Below, piece after piece: positions 25,621 to 41,384 of a stretch of DNA of 64,000 bases. Positions within the stretch are counted from its first letter, which is position 1. Every line of letters begins with the position of its first letter. This stretch comes from Basidiobolus meristosporus CBS 931.73 (taxonomy: Eukaryota > Fungi > Basidiobolomycota): contig MCFE01000376.1 in NCBI GenBank assembly GCA_002104905.1, positions 20,517 to 84,516 of the forward strand. Reading direction: 5' to 3'. The translations under genes and the position numbers were made by a program. The notes below the pieces were generated by a model. That model was given only the letters and a program-made list of their open reading frames with translations. It ran no database searches and was not told the DNA's origin.

Positions 25621-27900
25621 CTAAAAGTACGAATCGCGTCTACTATCATCAAGTGACAATGCTGAAGTGGTTCCAAGCGGAGTGAAGTAGGGTGTGGGTG
25701 TAGGGGACATTGCGGGCAGCTTGAGCTCGAATTTGGGATTTGAGCCAGTGGTGCTTGTCTTCAGGATCGGTCCAGGCGTTTTGACGCTGGTACTAGCCTG
25801 CACGAACAGGCCAAAGTTGCCCTTAGGATGGTCGAAATCGATCTCCGTTACCGCTTCGCAGCATTCCGGAACTCCCAATAATCTCCACAGCACAGCCTCG
25901 TAGCAGAAAACGAATTGTCGGAGCGTTTGCACCATTGAAAGCCGTTGATCACGAAGTTGGTCGACTACTTGAACAACAAAGTCTTCGCTTAAGGCGAACA
26001 GTTCTCGATTCATCTCATACGTTGCAACAATGGTATCAATGGTGCAGAAAGCGCCTGTTCGACCGCATCCTGCGCTGCAATGAACCAACATTGGCCCATG
26101 ATTGTGCTGGGTCTGCAACTTGTCCGCCAGATCCCGAAGGCGCAAGACACTAGCGGGGCTATCAGGGATTCCAAAGTCTGGCCAGCCAACAAAGTGTAAT
26201 TGAAATATCTCGCGGGTTTCTCCGGTGCCACCGTGGGTGAGCAAAAATCGACGGGCCATGATGGTGGGCTCAGCGTCTACAGGCATGGTTTCTCCAGAGA
26301 GCTTAATATGGAATGTATCATCCACTGTTATGGACTGGTCGGGAAAGCTCGGCCAATAGCGATGGCACTTGATCTGTTGCGCGATTAGCTCATATTAGCA
26401 AGTGCCTTGAAGCGTTCCAAGTCGTGGTACTTACCCTTCCAGCTTCCTCCTCTTTGGTCAACATGACAATTACTCTAGTGTTTTGCTCCCAAACCATCCT
26501 CCAAAACTCCCCGAACGTGGATGGAAGAGGTGCCTGGGTGGCTATATAACGGTATTTCGATTGCTTCGCCCCAACAAAGCTAGCATTGATGTAATCCGAT
26601 TCATTCATTCTAACGTTATGTAACTTCACCCGTGAATGCTCATAAGGCCAGATGTTATTGTATCTATTTTTCGACCCTTTCTCGATCCCAGCAGCAATGC
26701 AATAAGGGTTTGGCTGGCTTGGGTGACGGACCTGAGTCACCATGAGGGATTGCAGCCTCTTTTGCTCAATCCTGTCCATTTTCTAGTGGTAGCGAATGTG
26801 AATACTCATCCAACGAAAACCACTCAACCGCCGGGCCCTTACCTGAAACTGCTTGGATATTGTGTGCTTGCCATCCGGTGAATATGCGATATCGATGAGA
26901 AAGTGCGGCAATCTGGAAATTGGCTTTTTGGCAACGGTTGGTGTGCGGATGGCCACGATTTCGCCAAGCTCACAAGTGATCTCATGATGTGGGCGAATGC
27001 TATTGAAGAACGGGCTAGCCATACTTTCTATCATAGGCGTGGGACATGTAAGTGGCGCAGATAGAAAGTTCGAAGGCGAGGGCAGTGCTTTGATCCTGGG
27101 TGCAGGTGATTTGGAGCCTTCTGAGCTCTCGCATAGAGAGGGGTGATTTGTTTGAAAGGCATCAAACCCGTCTAAGTTGGGGTAGGTGAAGGATTAGGCT
27201 CGAAGATGCTTTGAATTTAGTAGTAGGAATGGGAAAACTCACCTTTCATCCAACCAATGTTGACCGAACTATTGGCATTTTGGAACTTTTTTATCAGGTA
27301 GTAGATGGGTGAGGTATCCAACACCACATCCGATTCCGTGCCATAGATCACGATGTACGAGAAGGTAGACCAACGGCGCCATACTTCGCGGTCCTTTTCG
27401 GCTAAGGAGCTGCTGATCTTCTCAAGGTTGAACGAGTCTCGCTTCAGCAGGGTGTTTGGTATACATACGTTAACAGATCCTCTGATACGCCCGCGGCTGT
27501 ACTGCGCGAAGGAACGAACGTCTAGCAGCAACATCGAATCTTTATTCGGTCCATCTTTCAAATTGGAAGATATTACGTCGACAATAAAGTCAATGGAAAA
27601 AGACTTTAAGGAGGGGCTATTTACAGAAGATTGTCCAGAGTTGGTAGGCTTTCGAGTAGTTGGTGGCGGCTTCAGGTTGCTCTCCTGAAAAGGCAGCTTG
27701 AACGAAAAACTGCCTGGCGAATAGGCAGCACCGTTGTTGTTGAAGGGGCCCATAGCGGAGCCATTGGGTGAGTTGGGTTGTGAGCCGTTGGGACCGCTAG
27801 TATTGTTTCTTTGCGCGGAAGCTTGCGTGTTGGGTTCAATGGGTAGTGAAAAGTACCCGTTTGGCTCCGGAAGAGATTTGAGTGAAAATTTCGAACTCAT
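25621..27900 (-). CDS. Classical protein tyrosine phosphatase with N-terminal rhodanese domain (Ptp2/Ptp3/Pyp-like)
   Basis: LLLDVRSF...GSVNVCIPNTLLKR (rhodanese), KNRYNNIWPY, DYINAS, YIATQAP, WPDFG, HCSAGCGRTG, QTLRQFVFCY. Confidence 0.93.
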
Positions 27901-28605
27901 TTCGAAGGATCTTTGCTTTAGTGCTGCGTTTCTCGTCGAAACGGAAAAGGGGGTTTTGCCTTAGAGGTATTATATAAGAAGGACCTAAGGAAAACCTGGT
28001 CGAAGTATGAAATCTAAGAAATGCAAGTAAGAGAATATCTTCGAGCGACTATATACGGGAAAACAGAATAGTGAGGTAAACTAAAAACTGGACTCTGGTA
28101 GGGAACGAGACGCTTTACAACTATATATCACAAGCGAAACGAAAAGACACAGAATAAGAGTCAAACGGTTTGATTAAAAGGAAATGGCCGTGGGGTAGCC
28201 AGGATAAGATTGGACCAAATATAAGTGTCATCTACGAAAATTCACATATTATTCCAACCTATGTGAATTAGTAATTGATGGTTGGAAAAACCAATCTGAA
28301 AATAACTGCACCAAGATATCTAAAAAAAATTCTTCAATGTAGGGGAGATGCATCCATCCCTCTTTTGAAATATCATGTTTCGCTCTGACACCTTGTCTCA
28401 CCAGTTTTATTCTGTGTGTGAGTATTCTAGAACTCGTGCATCCTCCATCGATCGATCCCTACTGATTATTTTTCGATTAATCCGCTTGCCACTCCCCTGA
28501 TCATTCGCTTAACGATCAGAGTAAAAAAAATCTACGGCAAACCCCGACATCTCGCTAGTTGTTCATCAGCAATATTACCAATATTTTTATCAAGTGTCTA
28601 ATTAG

Positions 28606-30441
<1,836 letters not shown>

Positions 30442-30634
30442 CCAACGGCCTTTTGGCCGTTTCCTTCTTTTCAATACCAACATCATGCTTTATTGTCAGC
30501 AAGGACAGAAAGCACAATCTTCGATGTAATAAATCGGCGGTTTCTTGTATAATAAAAAACTGTATAAAGTCGTTCACTTGGGTGGAGTTCGTACCTTCAA
30601 TGACTATAGTTTATTGGAATTTATTTGAGAATGG

Positions 30635-32272
30635 TCACACCCTTGTCTTCGAAAACTCCTCTGTAATAGACGATACTTGGTTTGAAGATGCAGGAATTTC
30701 GGTAGCAGTTGTGGTTTGCTCCGTCGCGAGTTCTTCTAAGATATCCTTTGGTTCAGTATCATCATTCGATGAACCGGTCGGAGGTGAAGCAACAATTTCT
30801 GATTTTACTGGCGCTGAGGATACTATGGGCTCCACAGTAGTGTTCAGCGATTTCTCTTCAGTTCCTTCAGGCAGAGTAGGAATGGCTGGTGCGAGAATGG
30901 CTGAAGCTTCAGGTGCACTGAAGGCTGAGATGGTTTTGTCAGATGCACTAGGTGCGACAACGGCCGAAGTTTCAGGAGGGTTGATTGGCAACGAGGGTTC
31001 TGTAGCAGTAAGCGAGACGGGAGTATCAATGATATCTGTGTTCGAGGAAGTAAGTGTTGCGACAGCTTCTGAGGAAGAGGTTGGCTTCTTGGTGGCAGGC
31101 GTGTTCAGTTCATCTTTTAGCTCGTTTGGTTCACTACCTTCGATCGATACAGTCTCGAAGCCCGTACTATCTATTTTGTTACGTGGTGGAGGGGGAGGAG
31201 GAGTGGAATCTTAAAAGCCGCATCAGCATAGGGTGTTCTATTGACCAAAAACAACGACATGGTAGCGCTTACTTTGGAAAGGCGAGTCAATGATAGATGC
31301 AGATCTCATGTCATCAGGATCCTCCAAGAAGTCAGTGTGATTGTATTGTGCTAATGAATAGGAAAGGGTATCAGCCCACAGATATCTATGACGTAGTAGT
31401 CATGTCGTAACCATTGTCCAACATACATGATTCATTACGGTTCCACCTAGGAGTTTGATTTTGATTGCCGGTTGGGTTTTGACTGGTGTTTTGCCTAGAG
31501 ATGAGATGCTTAGTTTCTGTCAATTCCTACAAATGCTACACTACTTACTCATACTGCGCGTGCGAGGGCATTTGTTGACCATACAAGTCCTCGTATTCCG
31601 GCATCAAATAACGATTGTACAAGTCCTTGATCTTTTTCACCGTGTCTATTGTTCGCAGTGATAATGTAAGTTTATGATAACTACCTCATTACCATTAACC
31701 AGAACTTACTATCGGTGAAAACATTGATTTTTTCTTTGATTTCTTGGAGAGTTGGATCCACTAAATAAGAAAAGAAATGGAAAGGTTAAAAGCTGTCTTG
31801 TATGGCCTTATATATCTATAGAGAGAGGATTACTGTCGCTTGAGCTAGATCTGCGGGCAGGTAGCGGTGGGCGATTGGCTTGTTGAGCTTGTGATGCTTG
31901 TCTTTCTTCTTCGGCCATTAATGCTCTGGCTAGCTCCTCGTCTGCCTTCATCTGTTGCTCGGAAGTTGATGTAACAGAAGTTGGCTATAAGAATGATAAG
32001 TTAGCTGTATTCATTACCGGAAAGAATTAGGTGTATAAGCAGCTTACATCCGGAGCTGTAGGTGTTTCAGATGGTGGCAATGAATCTTGAGTGAATGGGG
32101 GTACTTCATCGGGTATATAGCTGGGGTCAGTAATGGAAAGCATGGCGTTAATGCTGGCTTCCAAATCCCCGGCATGAGATTCGTACACAGCCCGGCAGAC
32201 CTCCTCATCTGCCTCTGGGAAAAGCTCGCAGAGTTGTTTGAGCTGCTCTGGATTTGGTGTATTCGTGGTCAT
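30635..32272 (-). CDS. CUE-domain protein (Cue5/Don1-like), multi-exon
   Basis: LKQLCELFPEADEEVCRAVYESHAGDLEASINAMLSI (CUE FP motif), QQMKADEELARAL exon, then a low-complexity S/T/P/E tail. 3' end uncertain. Confidence 0.8.
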
Positions 32273-33281
32273 TTTAGGATGCTTACTGAAGTTTGTGCCA
32301 AGTGTCAATAGGCTTTTATATGGGAGATTTAGATTTGTTCTTGGCAATATCCAAGATTATGTAAATTCTTGGTAACCTATCTACATCTATCAATGCAATC
32401 AATGTAGGAATGGTCACATACACGTAGCCAAGTACATGTACGATTCGCGATCAATCAATGCGCACCTCCACCAATCAGGGAATTCTGCTTAAAGGATGGT
32501 TATTCTAAACAACATTCAGCGGTAGACGCCAAGAATAACCAGGTTCAGAGATGGCTAGCGATGGTTGGAATTACAGTACTGAGCGTCATAGTCCTATTCC
32601 AGGAATCGTTTCGGGATTAAATATCCCTTCTTCGATAACTTGATTTCAGCAGCAGCTCAATTGAATCCCCCATTCCTCGGATTCCCTTTGAAATCATCCG
32701 GAACGTGAGAAGACTGCTGGAAGGTGACTAGCATCCTCTAGGGATGTAGAGAGAGTTGAATACAAATGCCCAAGGAACGGATGAAAATTTTCCACGCCAA
32801 ATTTCTGTCACTGGGTTGGAATTGCGCCCAAACTCCACCCAAGAAAGCCTTGTTTCCTAAGTGCAAAATATTCGGTTCAGCTGATGAATCGCGTGAGTGC
32901 TATTGGTATTAGACGAGTTCTTTTTAACCGACAGGTTGATCACAAGGTTCTTGAGGAATTGAACCGAAGGGCCAATCGCCAGATGGCAGTAAATAATTGT
33001 TTAGTGTTGCCTCTTTGGATCAGAAGGTTTATCCTTGTATAACCGATTACAATGTGTCAAGCAAATCCTGTGTTCCCCCACATTATCTGTGTTTTAGCTC
33101 ATTGGGGAGATCCAGGATTTGCCAGTGATTTGACAGCGGCTTGACGTTCATATGTCAGTCTATATGGGAGTTTCGGAAAAATTATTCATCATGGAATGCC
33201 AGTCAAGGCGTACTATAAAAGGGCGCTTGGGTTTGCTTGCGGATCTCCATATTCCAACTTGCATTTATTCTTTTACCTTTG

Positions 33282-34921
33282 ATGAACTCTTCAGCCCGAT
33301 TACCCTGCGAAATACTAGAAATCATATTTACTTTACTAGCGAATGACCCGAATGAGATTGTGTCTTTGTATCAATGTACCTTGGTGTGCAAGGAGTGGAG
33401 CAACATAGCTAATAGTGTACTGTGGAGGAAGCCTGTGGCCGCCACCAAAGAATCCAAGGAGTTATGTTTCAACATAATCAAACAAAACCCTTTGCGTAAG
33501 TATCTTTGCTGCTCTTTTCATACTCTAGAGTATTGGCTCATAGGTTATTTGTTTATCCAGTCGCATCTTACATTAAGGAGTGGACTTACGAAACAAAATC
33601 CCTCACTGCTGAATTGCTGCCGCTTCTACCTAACCTTCGCAATATTGGGTATATGATAGCGCGTACCTTGAGACCAGAGAAATTCTCAAGGCCCTGGCAC
33701 TTGCGCCGTATCGACCATTTGGATTATTGCGCCACTGATGGCCCAGCTTTATTTCAGAATCTGGTGGAGCTCTGTCCAAATTTGGAGAGGTTAACCATTC
33801 GAATCAACTCATTGAACGGAGTGACTGACTTTACTGATTGGTGCAACATCCGGAAGGTGAATTCCCTCAAACACCTCAAAATCATCAATTCAGAGTATGG
33901 GGTTGAACAAAGCCAGCCTTTGTTCATCCAGAGCTTCACATCGAGGTTTCCTAACCTCCAAAGTTTAGACATCGAGAGCTTTACATTCAACGGTCACGAG
34001 CTTGATGGGCTCTCCACAAATTGCCGTAAGTTAGACTCGCTAAGTCTCGCAACCAACACTTTGGATCAGCACCAGATTGACTGCCTTGCAAACGAATTGC
34101 AAGTAGGCGTGGGTGAGCGTGTGAACAAGCTGCAATTGAGTGTTTCACGATTCTCCAAGGATGATCTTAGCCTGCTGAAAATCTTCACCTCTCTGAAATC
34201 ACTATCAGAGCTATCTCTGCACCGCTTTGAGCTGGATGATGAAGCTTTGGAGGCCCTAATCGAATGCACACAAGGAACCCTAGCAAAATTGAGACTTGGG
34301 TTTATCAGCCCAGCCTCAAACCGGTTCTTCTTCTACCTTAGAAGTGCCCAACTTTGGGACAAATTCTTTGCAAGAGCCGCCAACTCATTGACCGACATTG
34401 CCTTCAATGATAGCTTTGGTAATTTCCGGGATATGATCTCTTGTGGTGTAGCCAAGCACTGTTCCCGGCTGCAAAGGCTTACTATTAAGCACCACGACGA
34501 TAATTTCGTTTGCCCCATTATACGTGGGTGTGGAAGAAGTTTGAAATACTTCGAGTATTCTGAATGCTTCGTTACCGAGAATATCCTGTCCACCATCTTT
34601 GATTATACTTTCGATCTAGAGAGTCTAATCATCACCGAACATAAGCACAACACACATAGACCCAAAGCAATGCTATTACGCTTCCATGATTTCATGGTTC
34701 GTTCAGCGAAAACATTGCATCACTTGGTACTAACTGGAGTCGAAGTCGAGGATAGTTCCATAGCGGAGATTGCGAAGTACGCACACAGGCTAAACTTTTT
34801 GAGCCTAGGCAGAGTCAACTCTACCCGAGACGAAGGCACCATCATCCAACAACTGCGTGCTCAGCGATCGAATCTGCGCTCAGTTCACATATCCATGGTA
34901 AAATCATGGGAGCACAAATGA
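33282..34921 (+). CDS. F-box / leucine-rich-repeat (RNI-like) protein
   Basis: LPCEILEIIF...LYQCTLVCKEWSNIANSVLWRKP then LxxLxL repeats (CPNLERLTI, FPNLQSLDI, CSRLQRLTI); one intron near 33496. Confidence 0.85.
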
Positions 34922-35584
34922 ATTTACCCAGTAGTGGTAAAATACCCGATCCCTACCATCGTTCCCTGTACATTTCCTTAAACCATCATGAATTGATGAC
35001 TGTTATATAAACTACGCATATTCACCAAGCCAATCGGAACACTCATCATATAAATACTGAAACACATTCTATATCTGATGCAGTCCTATGGTTCAATCTG
35101 AGATTTCAGGAAATCGGCATCCGCCCGACACAAAAAGCCCAATTGGCCCACCGTATGAATGGAATTTTCTCAACTCCAGCAACCATCACTAAGCAAACTT
35201 GATGTCTCATTCACTTCGCCGTGTGAAAGTCGGTTTGTGCGTGAGAAACAATGCACTAAAATTCTCCGGCTGTCATACGGTTTGAATACACTGATCTTCA
35301 TGAGAATCCAACGGATTTATTTAGAAGCAGTCCAGAACTTGGTCATTCATGCATATCTGAGAGGTGTAGTTGCCGCATTTACTGGCTTTCAAATCCATAA
35401 TTCAGGTCACAGAGACGATACCTGTTCGACTAGTTAAAGCTGACTGATATAGAACGACGATTCCAATCAGCATACATCTAGCTTATGTATATATATAAAT
35501 CATAACTCAGCTTTCCACTGGTATTCGGGTTCGTACTTCCTGAGGTTTAGGGATTCGGATGACGTTAAAAAGGTATTGATGAGT

Positions 35585-36900
35585 TGGTGTATTTAATAGA
35601 GTCGCTTAACGTTCAATGTCATGATGGTGGGTATTTTCTGGCCTGTGTAAGAAATATCGTAATCATGAACAACTTTGGCTAAGTGCACTATATGACCACA
35701 TACGATACATTTCTATATCAAAATGCTGGGTGGATATTAATCGATGTTGATGATAATTTCATATGCTACTCACTAATCCTTCGATATTGTAGAAATACTA
35801 GAAGTTACCAAAAGGCCCCAAACTTTGCACACAACCTTCTGGGACATTTGTCGTTTACAAAATTCACTCAAAAGTATAAACACTTTGTTTCAACATGATA
35901 AATCAACGAACATGAATACTCCAGATCACTTCCTGATTCCCGCTGCCAATTTCAACAGCTCAGAAATATACATTATATATACAAGCGCTTTAGATATATT
36001 CATGAGATATACCGTTATAGATTTCATACTTACATTCCCTAATAGTCTCAGGCCAAGACCAGTTGACTCTCTATGTGTATGGCTATTATGTTGTAGCTTT
36101 TGTATTCACACTGACACAGTCGCTTGGATTCTATTCTATGAACTTCATTATTTTCCTGACCAAATTCTCTGTCAGGATTTACTTGAAATATTTTTCACCA
36201 AATTATCAGGTACACAGAGCATAGCATTTCTTTTGCCCCTTTGCTCCCATGCTCTTAAAGGCATTCTTAGACCTACTTTACACGTTTTTTCAGCAAGATC
36301 TTGTAAAAGTGTACATATCGTATTTGTTGCTGACTTTGCAAAACTCACTGGGAAGTGCATTGACATGATTAATCAGCAAACGTGAAAGCCACACTTTCTT
36401 CTAAATACTCCAAATCACTTCCAGATTCCCACTGCCAATTTCAACAGATCAGAAACCCCTGTGACATCAAGAGATGAACAGTTGTAGATTTTATATTACA
36501 TCTGAATATTCACATCAACTTGATCTATGAGTGTTATTATTCCCTGATCAAATTCTCCGTTGAGATTTAAAATATTTTTCACCAAAACTAACATGGTACA
36601 GGTACCTATTATCATCTTTAGCTATTTCTTACTAATTGTATAGTCATGCACGTTTATTTTCACAAGGCTCTACAAGTGACAATCATGCACTCTTCTACAT
36701 CAGAAGTTTTCTATTTCAATTGGTTTAGCAAGACCCTTGATTCCATGCGATGGACTTCTCGTTTAGTTAATATCCCCGATGACAATCCCTACGAACATCT
36801 GCATCATTTGGAAGCCCCACACCCTACACTAAAGAATAGCACTGCTAGCCAGAGCTTGTCTATATTGAGCCTTAATGTGATATGGTGTTGGATTAGGCGA
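35585..36900 (+). mobile_element. About three degenerate tandem copies of the Copia LTR family seen at 47.7-53.1 kb
   Basis: Shared segments ccccaaactttgcacac (near 35815), ctgaccaaattc...aatatttttcaccaaa (36156, 36542), TGTTG-like starts (36089, about 36480) and CAACA ends (35957, 36446). Confidence 0.65.
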
Positions 36901-37202
36901 AGTGAAGCTTTATTCCAAACAATACTCCGCACCATCATGTGTTGCCATAAATCACAAGCATTTAGATGCTTGACAAGATCCCATCAAAATATTGGAAGAA
37001 ATAGGTTGACGATATCGCTTCATCACCTTACCTCGAGATCTCCCTTCTAGTACTTGCCAGAACATAAGGATAGTAACAAATAGCAGGGCAGAAACGTCCG
37101 ATATTCATGTTTTATTAATAATGTTTGCTAGAAATGTGATGTTACAATATTGAACTAATGCGGAAGGAGAGCCGCGGCTGAAATGACAGCAATTGCTTTT
37201 CC

Positions 37203-37718
37203 CTAATTCCATAGAGTGCACACAAAGGCAATTACAATTGACAACCCTGACATACTCAATACATTGGCACTGGATGGTGTAACGCTAGGAGTGGCAGGTG
37301 AATTGGTAACCTTAGTAGTTGAGGTGGGGGTACTTCCGCTATTGCTGGCGCTTGCCGAAGAGGCCAAGCTGTTGGATACGGAGGCCACGGCCGAAGAGAC
37401 GGATGCGATTTGGGAAGATAGACCGTTAGTAACCGAGGCGATTTGGGAAGAAAACCGGGAGGTAGCAGAGTCAATTTCCGATGAAAATCTGGAGGACAAG
37501 GAAGCAGCTTCGGTGGGGAGCTGGGAGGTGACCGAGGCGAAATCGCTGCCAAGGAAGGTGGAGGCTCTTGAGATCAACGAGTTAATGTCTGCGGACGGGC
37601 TTGCGTTTGAGATGGCGCTTTCAATGCTTTTGATGGCATCCGAGGGGATGTTGGTTGGGTTTTGAGCAGCAGCTAAACCAACACAGCTAAGAAGAACAGT
37701 GGAAGTAGAGAATTTCAT
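37203..37718 (-). CDS. Ser/Thr-rich secreted, probably GPI-anchored cell-surface protein
   Basis: Signal peptide MKFSTSTVLLSCVGLAAA, repeated SQIASV/SEIDSA, hydrophobic C-terminus after SSANVL. Confidence 0.8.
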   Translation of the reverse strand: MKFSTSTVLLSCVGLAAAQNPTNIPSDAIKSIESAISNASPSADINSLISRASTFLGSDFASVTSQLPTEAASLSSRFSSEIDSATSRFSSQIASVTNGLSSQIASVSSAVASVSNSLASSASASNSGSTPTSTTKVTNSPATPSVTPSSANVLSMSGLSIVIAFVCTLWN

Positions 37719-38365
37719 TTTTTTTGCCAGATGATTGACAAACTTCGAGATGTTTGACGCCGTTATATAGTTGCTAGAGAGATAATAGACTCAGCCATGC
37801 ATGATGGGAATTTCCATTTTTATCCAGGGAACACGTCCACTTGGCATTAACTATTCATGGACTAGTAGATGAATACAAAAGATTGGCATCTGGAGGAGTG
37901 ACAAAATCTATATTTAGGGAGTCGCTTGCTTGGTGTGTGAGTTTCGATGGATGTACTCACCAGGTTCCTAATACGTACTCTTGGTGTCGCAATCGTGTTT
38001 TCATTGTTAATGTTTGGTGAGCCGGATCTCTATTATGGTCCGCCCTGAACACAGGCCTTGATTGGGTGGATAAGGGCGAGGGGTTGTATCGATGTCACTT
38101 ATGAGGTCATATCGATAATTGGTCGGGGCCGGGGGCATCTGAGTAGAAAAGGTGCTGTCTCAGTCGCCATGTGAATTCTGATGGAACAAACGCCGTAAAT
38201 ACAGGGAGATCCTGATCAATTATGACAAGTAGAGTCACATTTAATTATCAGACTCAGTCACTGATACTCATTTCGTAATGCTTCAAGAATAATGCGGATA
38301 AAATACAATAACATATTGTTGGCATTTGCTTGTTCCTTGAATATACCAAACATACATCCTTGCAA

Positions 38366-40118
38366 ATGCTTAGTCGTCTTCTTACTCGCCAACCATTATC
38401 GAGACTGCCAACAGCAGTTTGTAAACCCTTGTCCAATAGTCTCGTCAGATGGCACAGCACCTCTGAGAATGTTCCTCCACTTACCGGAATAAAGGTGTTA
38501 GATTTGACAAGGGTGTTAGGTACAGTTTGCTCTTTAGACACCTTTGCTATGTTCTTTCGTGTAGTATGGATTCTAACCCTCTCCCCATCTATTACATACT
38601 TTAGCTGGTCCGTACTGCACGATGTTGCTCGGAGACCTGGGGTAAGGTTTAGTGTTACGTTTTAGGTGGAGATTACCCCTCCTAAGCAAATACCAAACAC
38701 TCAATTTAGTGCTGAGATCATTAAAGTTGAACGCCCAAAAGTGGGAGATGACACTCGCTCATGGGGCCCTCCTTATGCGACAAACACTGACGGTACTGTC
38801 GGCGAAAGTGCGTATTTCCTGTCAGTAAACCGCAATAAAAAATCCATCACAGTGGACTTCAAGTCGAAGCAAGGCCTTGAGATTGTCCACCGGTTGGCCA
38901 AGGAAGCTGATGTCTTAGTTGAGAACTACGTGCCTGGCACATTGGACAAGCTTGGACTTGGTTATGAGGAGCTCTCGAAGTTGAATCCACGCTTGATCTA
39001 TGCATCGATTACTGGTATCCAGATCATCTTATCATCCACATAAGTGCTTGATTTGACACATTATTCAGGCTACGGCCCAACAGGCCCTTATGCTAAGAGA
39101 CCCGGATACGACGTAATTATTGAGGTATCGAATGTAGCCCAACCTGTACTATGAAACGCCACATTTATTCTAAATCATCGCCAGGCTGAAGCCGGATTAA
39201 TGCATATTACCGGAGAAACGGATGGCCAACCTGTAAAGGTTGGTGTGGCGATCACAGGTTCGTTGGCTATTCCCTCGCCTGCCGTTCATTTATACTGACT
39301 CCTCTCCCAACTCCCTTGAATAGACTTGACCACAGGTAATCGGACAATACCGTAGAAGTAAACATTGGTGTGTTTCTAACAAGTTCACAGGTTTGTACGC
39401 GCATGGGGCGATAATGGCCTCGCTGTTGAATCGGATGCGTACCAACCGCGGCCAGAAGGTGGATCTCTCTTTATTGGAGTGTCAGGTGGCCTCATTAGCG
39501 AATATCGGCAGTAACTATCTAATAGGGGGAAATGAGGCAACTCGTTGGGGCACTTCGCACCCATCTATTGTTCCATATCAGGTGTTCCCCACACTGGATG
39601 GATACATAATGATCGGTGCGGGGAACGATGGCCAGTTTCGCTCGCTGTGTAGAGCCATTCGGCAAGAGGAGCTCCTAGCCGACTCCGAATACCAAACCAA
39701 CTCATTAAGAGTCAAAAACAGAAGCAAGCTTATAGAAACTCTGTCGGATATCTTTCGCAAACAGCCAACACAGACATGGCTTACTAACCTGGAGGGCTCA
39801 GGAATCCCCTTTGGTCCCATCAATAACATGAAGCAAACGTTCGAACATCCTCAGGTCGTTCATCGTGAGATGATCCAAGAGGTAAACCATCCGAAGGCTG
39901 GAAAAATCAAAGTAGCTGGTAATTTTCTGACCAATTGTTTCGTACTTTAACCACGGCCAGCTAACCGTCCTTTAGGTGTCCCTGTCAAGTATAGTGAGTC
40001 CAAGGCCACCATCCGATCGGCCCCGCCATTGCTTGGCCAGCATACGGAGGAAGTTCTGGAGGGACTGGGCTACTCTAAAGATGAGATTCGAAAGCTCTAC
40101 GAAACAAACGCCATATAG
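38366..40118 (+). CDS. CoA-transferase family III (CaiB/BaiF; succinate-hydroxymethylglutarate CoA-transferase-like), mitochondrial
   Basis: [86 protein letters not shown]. Confidence 0.93.
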
Positions 40119-40474
40119 GCCTTATCCATTGAAATAAACAATCTGCACACAAACTCATCAAGGTGGTACAAAATAATGAATCAAGTAATCTCACCAATCG
40201 GCGAAAGATACAGAAATTAGGAGGAGTTCATGACATTTCGGGTCTATTACAGAGTCATGACATCGTATACAGATATCCACCATTGATGCTATTTCCGGTC
40301 TATTAGATATCTACTATTGATACCATTTCCGGTGTAAGGGGCAATTCCACGAGTCTATTACAATTAATTATTACCGCTGTCTCCCTTCTGTAACTTTCTT
40401 TCACAGACACAGACGCTTTGGTGTCCCCTCACCGTTAAATTTCACTCAACCTTTAATTGTTAAATAGCGCCCGT

Positions 40475-40991
40475 ATGTCAGCCGTCCCCTCCGCAGAAGC
40501 AAACGAAACTACCCCCCTAGTTAGGAGAAGTTTGCCATACGTTGGCTGGGAATCGTTGATTCTGGAGAACCGAGGAAGCACAGCACGAGATCACCTAGGT
40601 AAGTCTTGCTCGTCGAGGATGAAGCCTGAATGCCAAGCTAACCGTTCCTTATTTCGTAGGGAATGAGCGTACCTATCTAGCTTGGTTTCGTACTTCCTTT
40701 ACTCTTTTCGGTTTGTGCTGTGCCTCTCTTCAGCATTTCGATCCTGATGGGTTTTCTACTGGGCCAGGCAAAACCCACCAGTATCGAGTGGAAATCGGTG
40801 TCACCATGGCTGTACTTACATTTGTTTGTATTGTTGTCCCGTTGATAAAGTACCTGAGCACTCAGCACAAGCTGGCCTACGCTCGGAACCCCATGCGCCC
40901 GAGCCGCAGTCTATCGACTATATTCGTTTCTATATCGGTGTTTGCGGTCTTAATGACCTTAATGACCATTGAGTTAGAAGAATTCGACTGA
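40475..40991 (+). CDS. DUF202 (YidH/Vtc1-like) membrane protein
   Basis: ENRGSTARDHL-GNERTYLAWFRTS followed by TM helices. Confidence 0.88.
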
Positions 40992-41384
40992 TATGCAGCC
41001 GATACCTTGTGTATATATAATCTGGAACTTCCATAATCCTGTTAAAACCACCATTAAACCGTTCTGTATATGCCAGTAACCGCTATATGCTGGAAAATAC
41101 TCAGACAACCTGCTACGAATGGTACAGAATGCCTGACAGTCAACCATTATCCTTGAGAGTGGCTGGCCAATGGCTTCGATAGGCTATTCTGTTTGTATCT
41201 GTTACCTATCGTGGGCTTGTGGAAACTCAATTCTACCAAATTAGGAACTAGGCCGGCTTTTTTTGCTATCTGTCATGTGGGGAAAAGGAAAATTACAGTG
41301 CTCGTTATCAGGCTCATCAATATTGTTGAAGCCCTCCATAACGTAGCTGACTCTTCTTTCTCTCTCCCCTACTCACCCACGAAG

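Noticed and set aside
35825-36385. 186-aa ORF with a faint F-box-like phrase (FPDQILCQDLLEIFF)
   Set aside because: It overlies decayed Copia LTR copies, and the same DNA is non-coding in the other LTRs.
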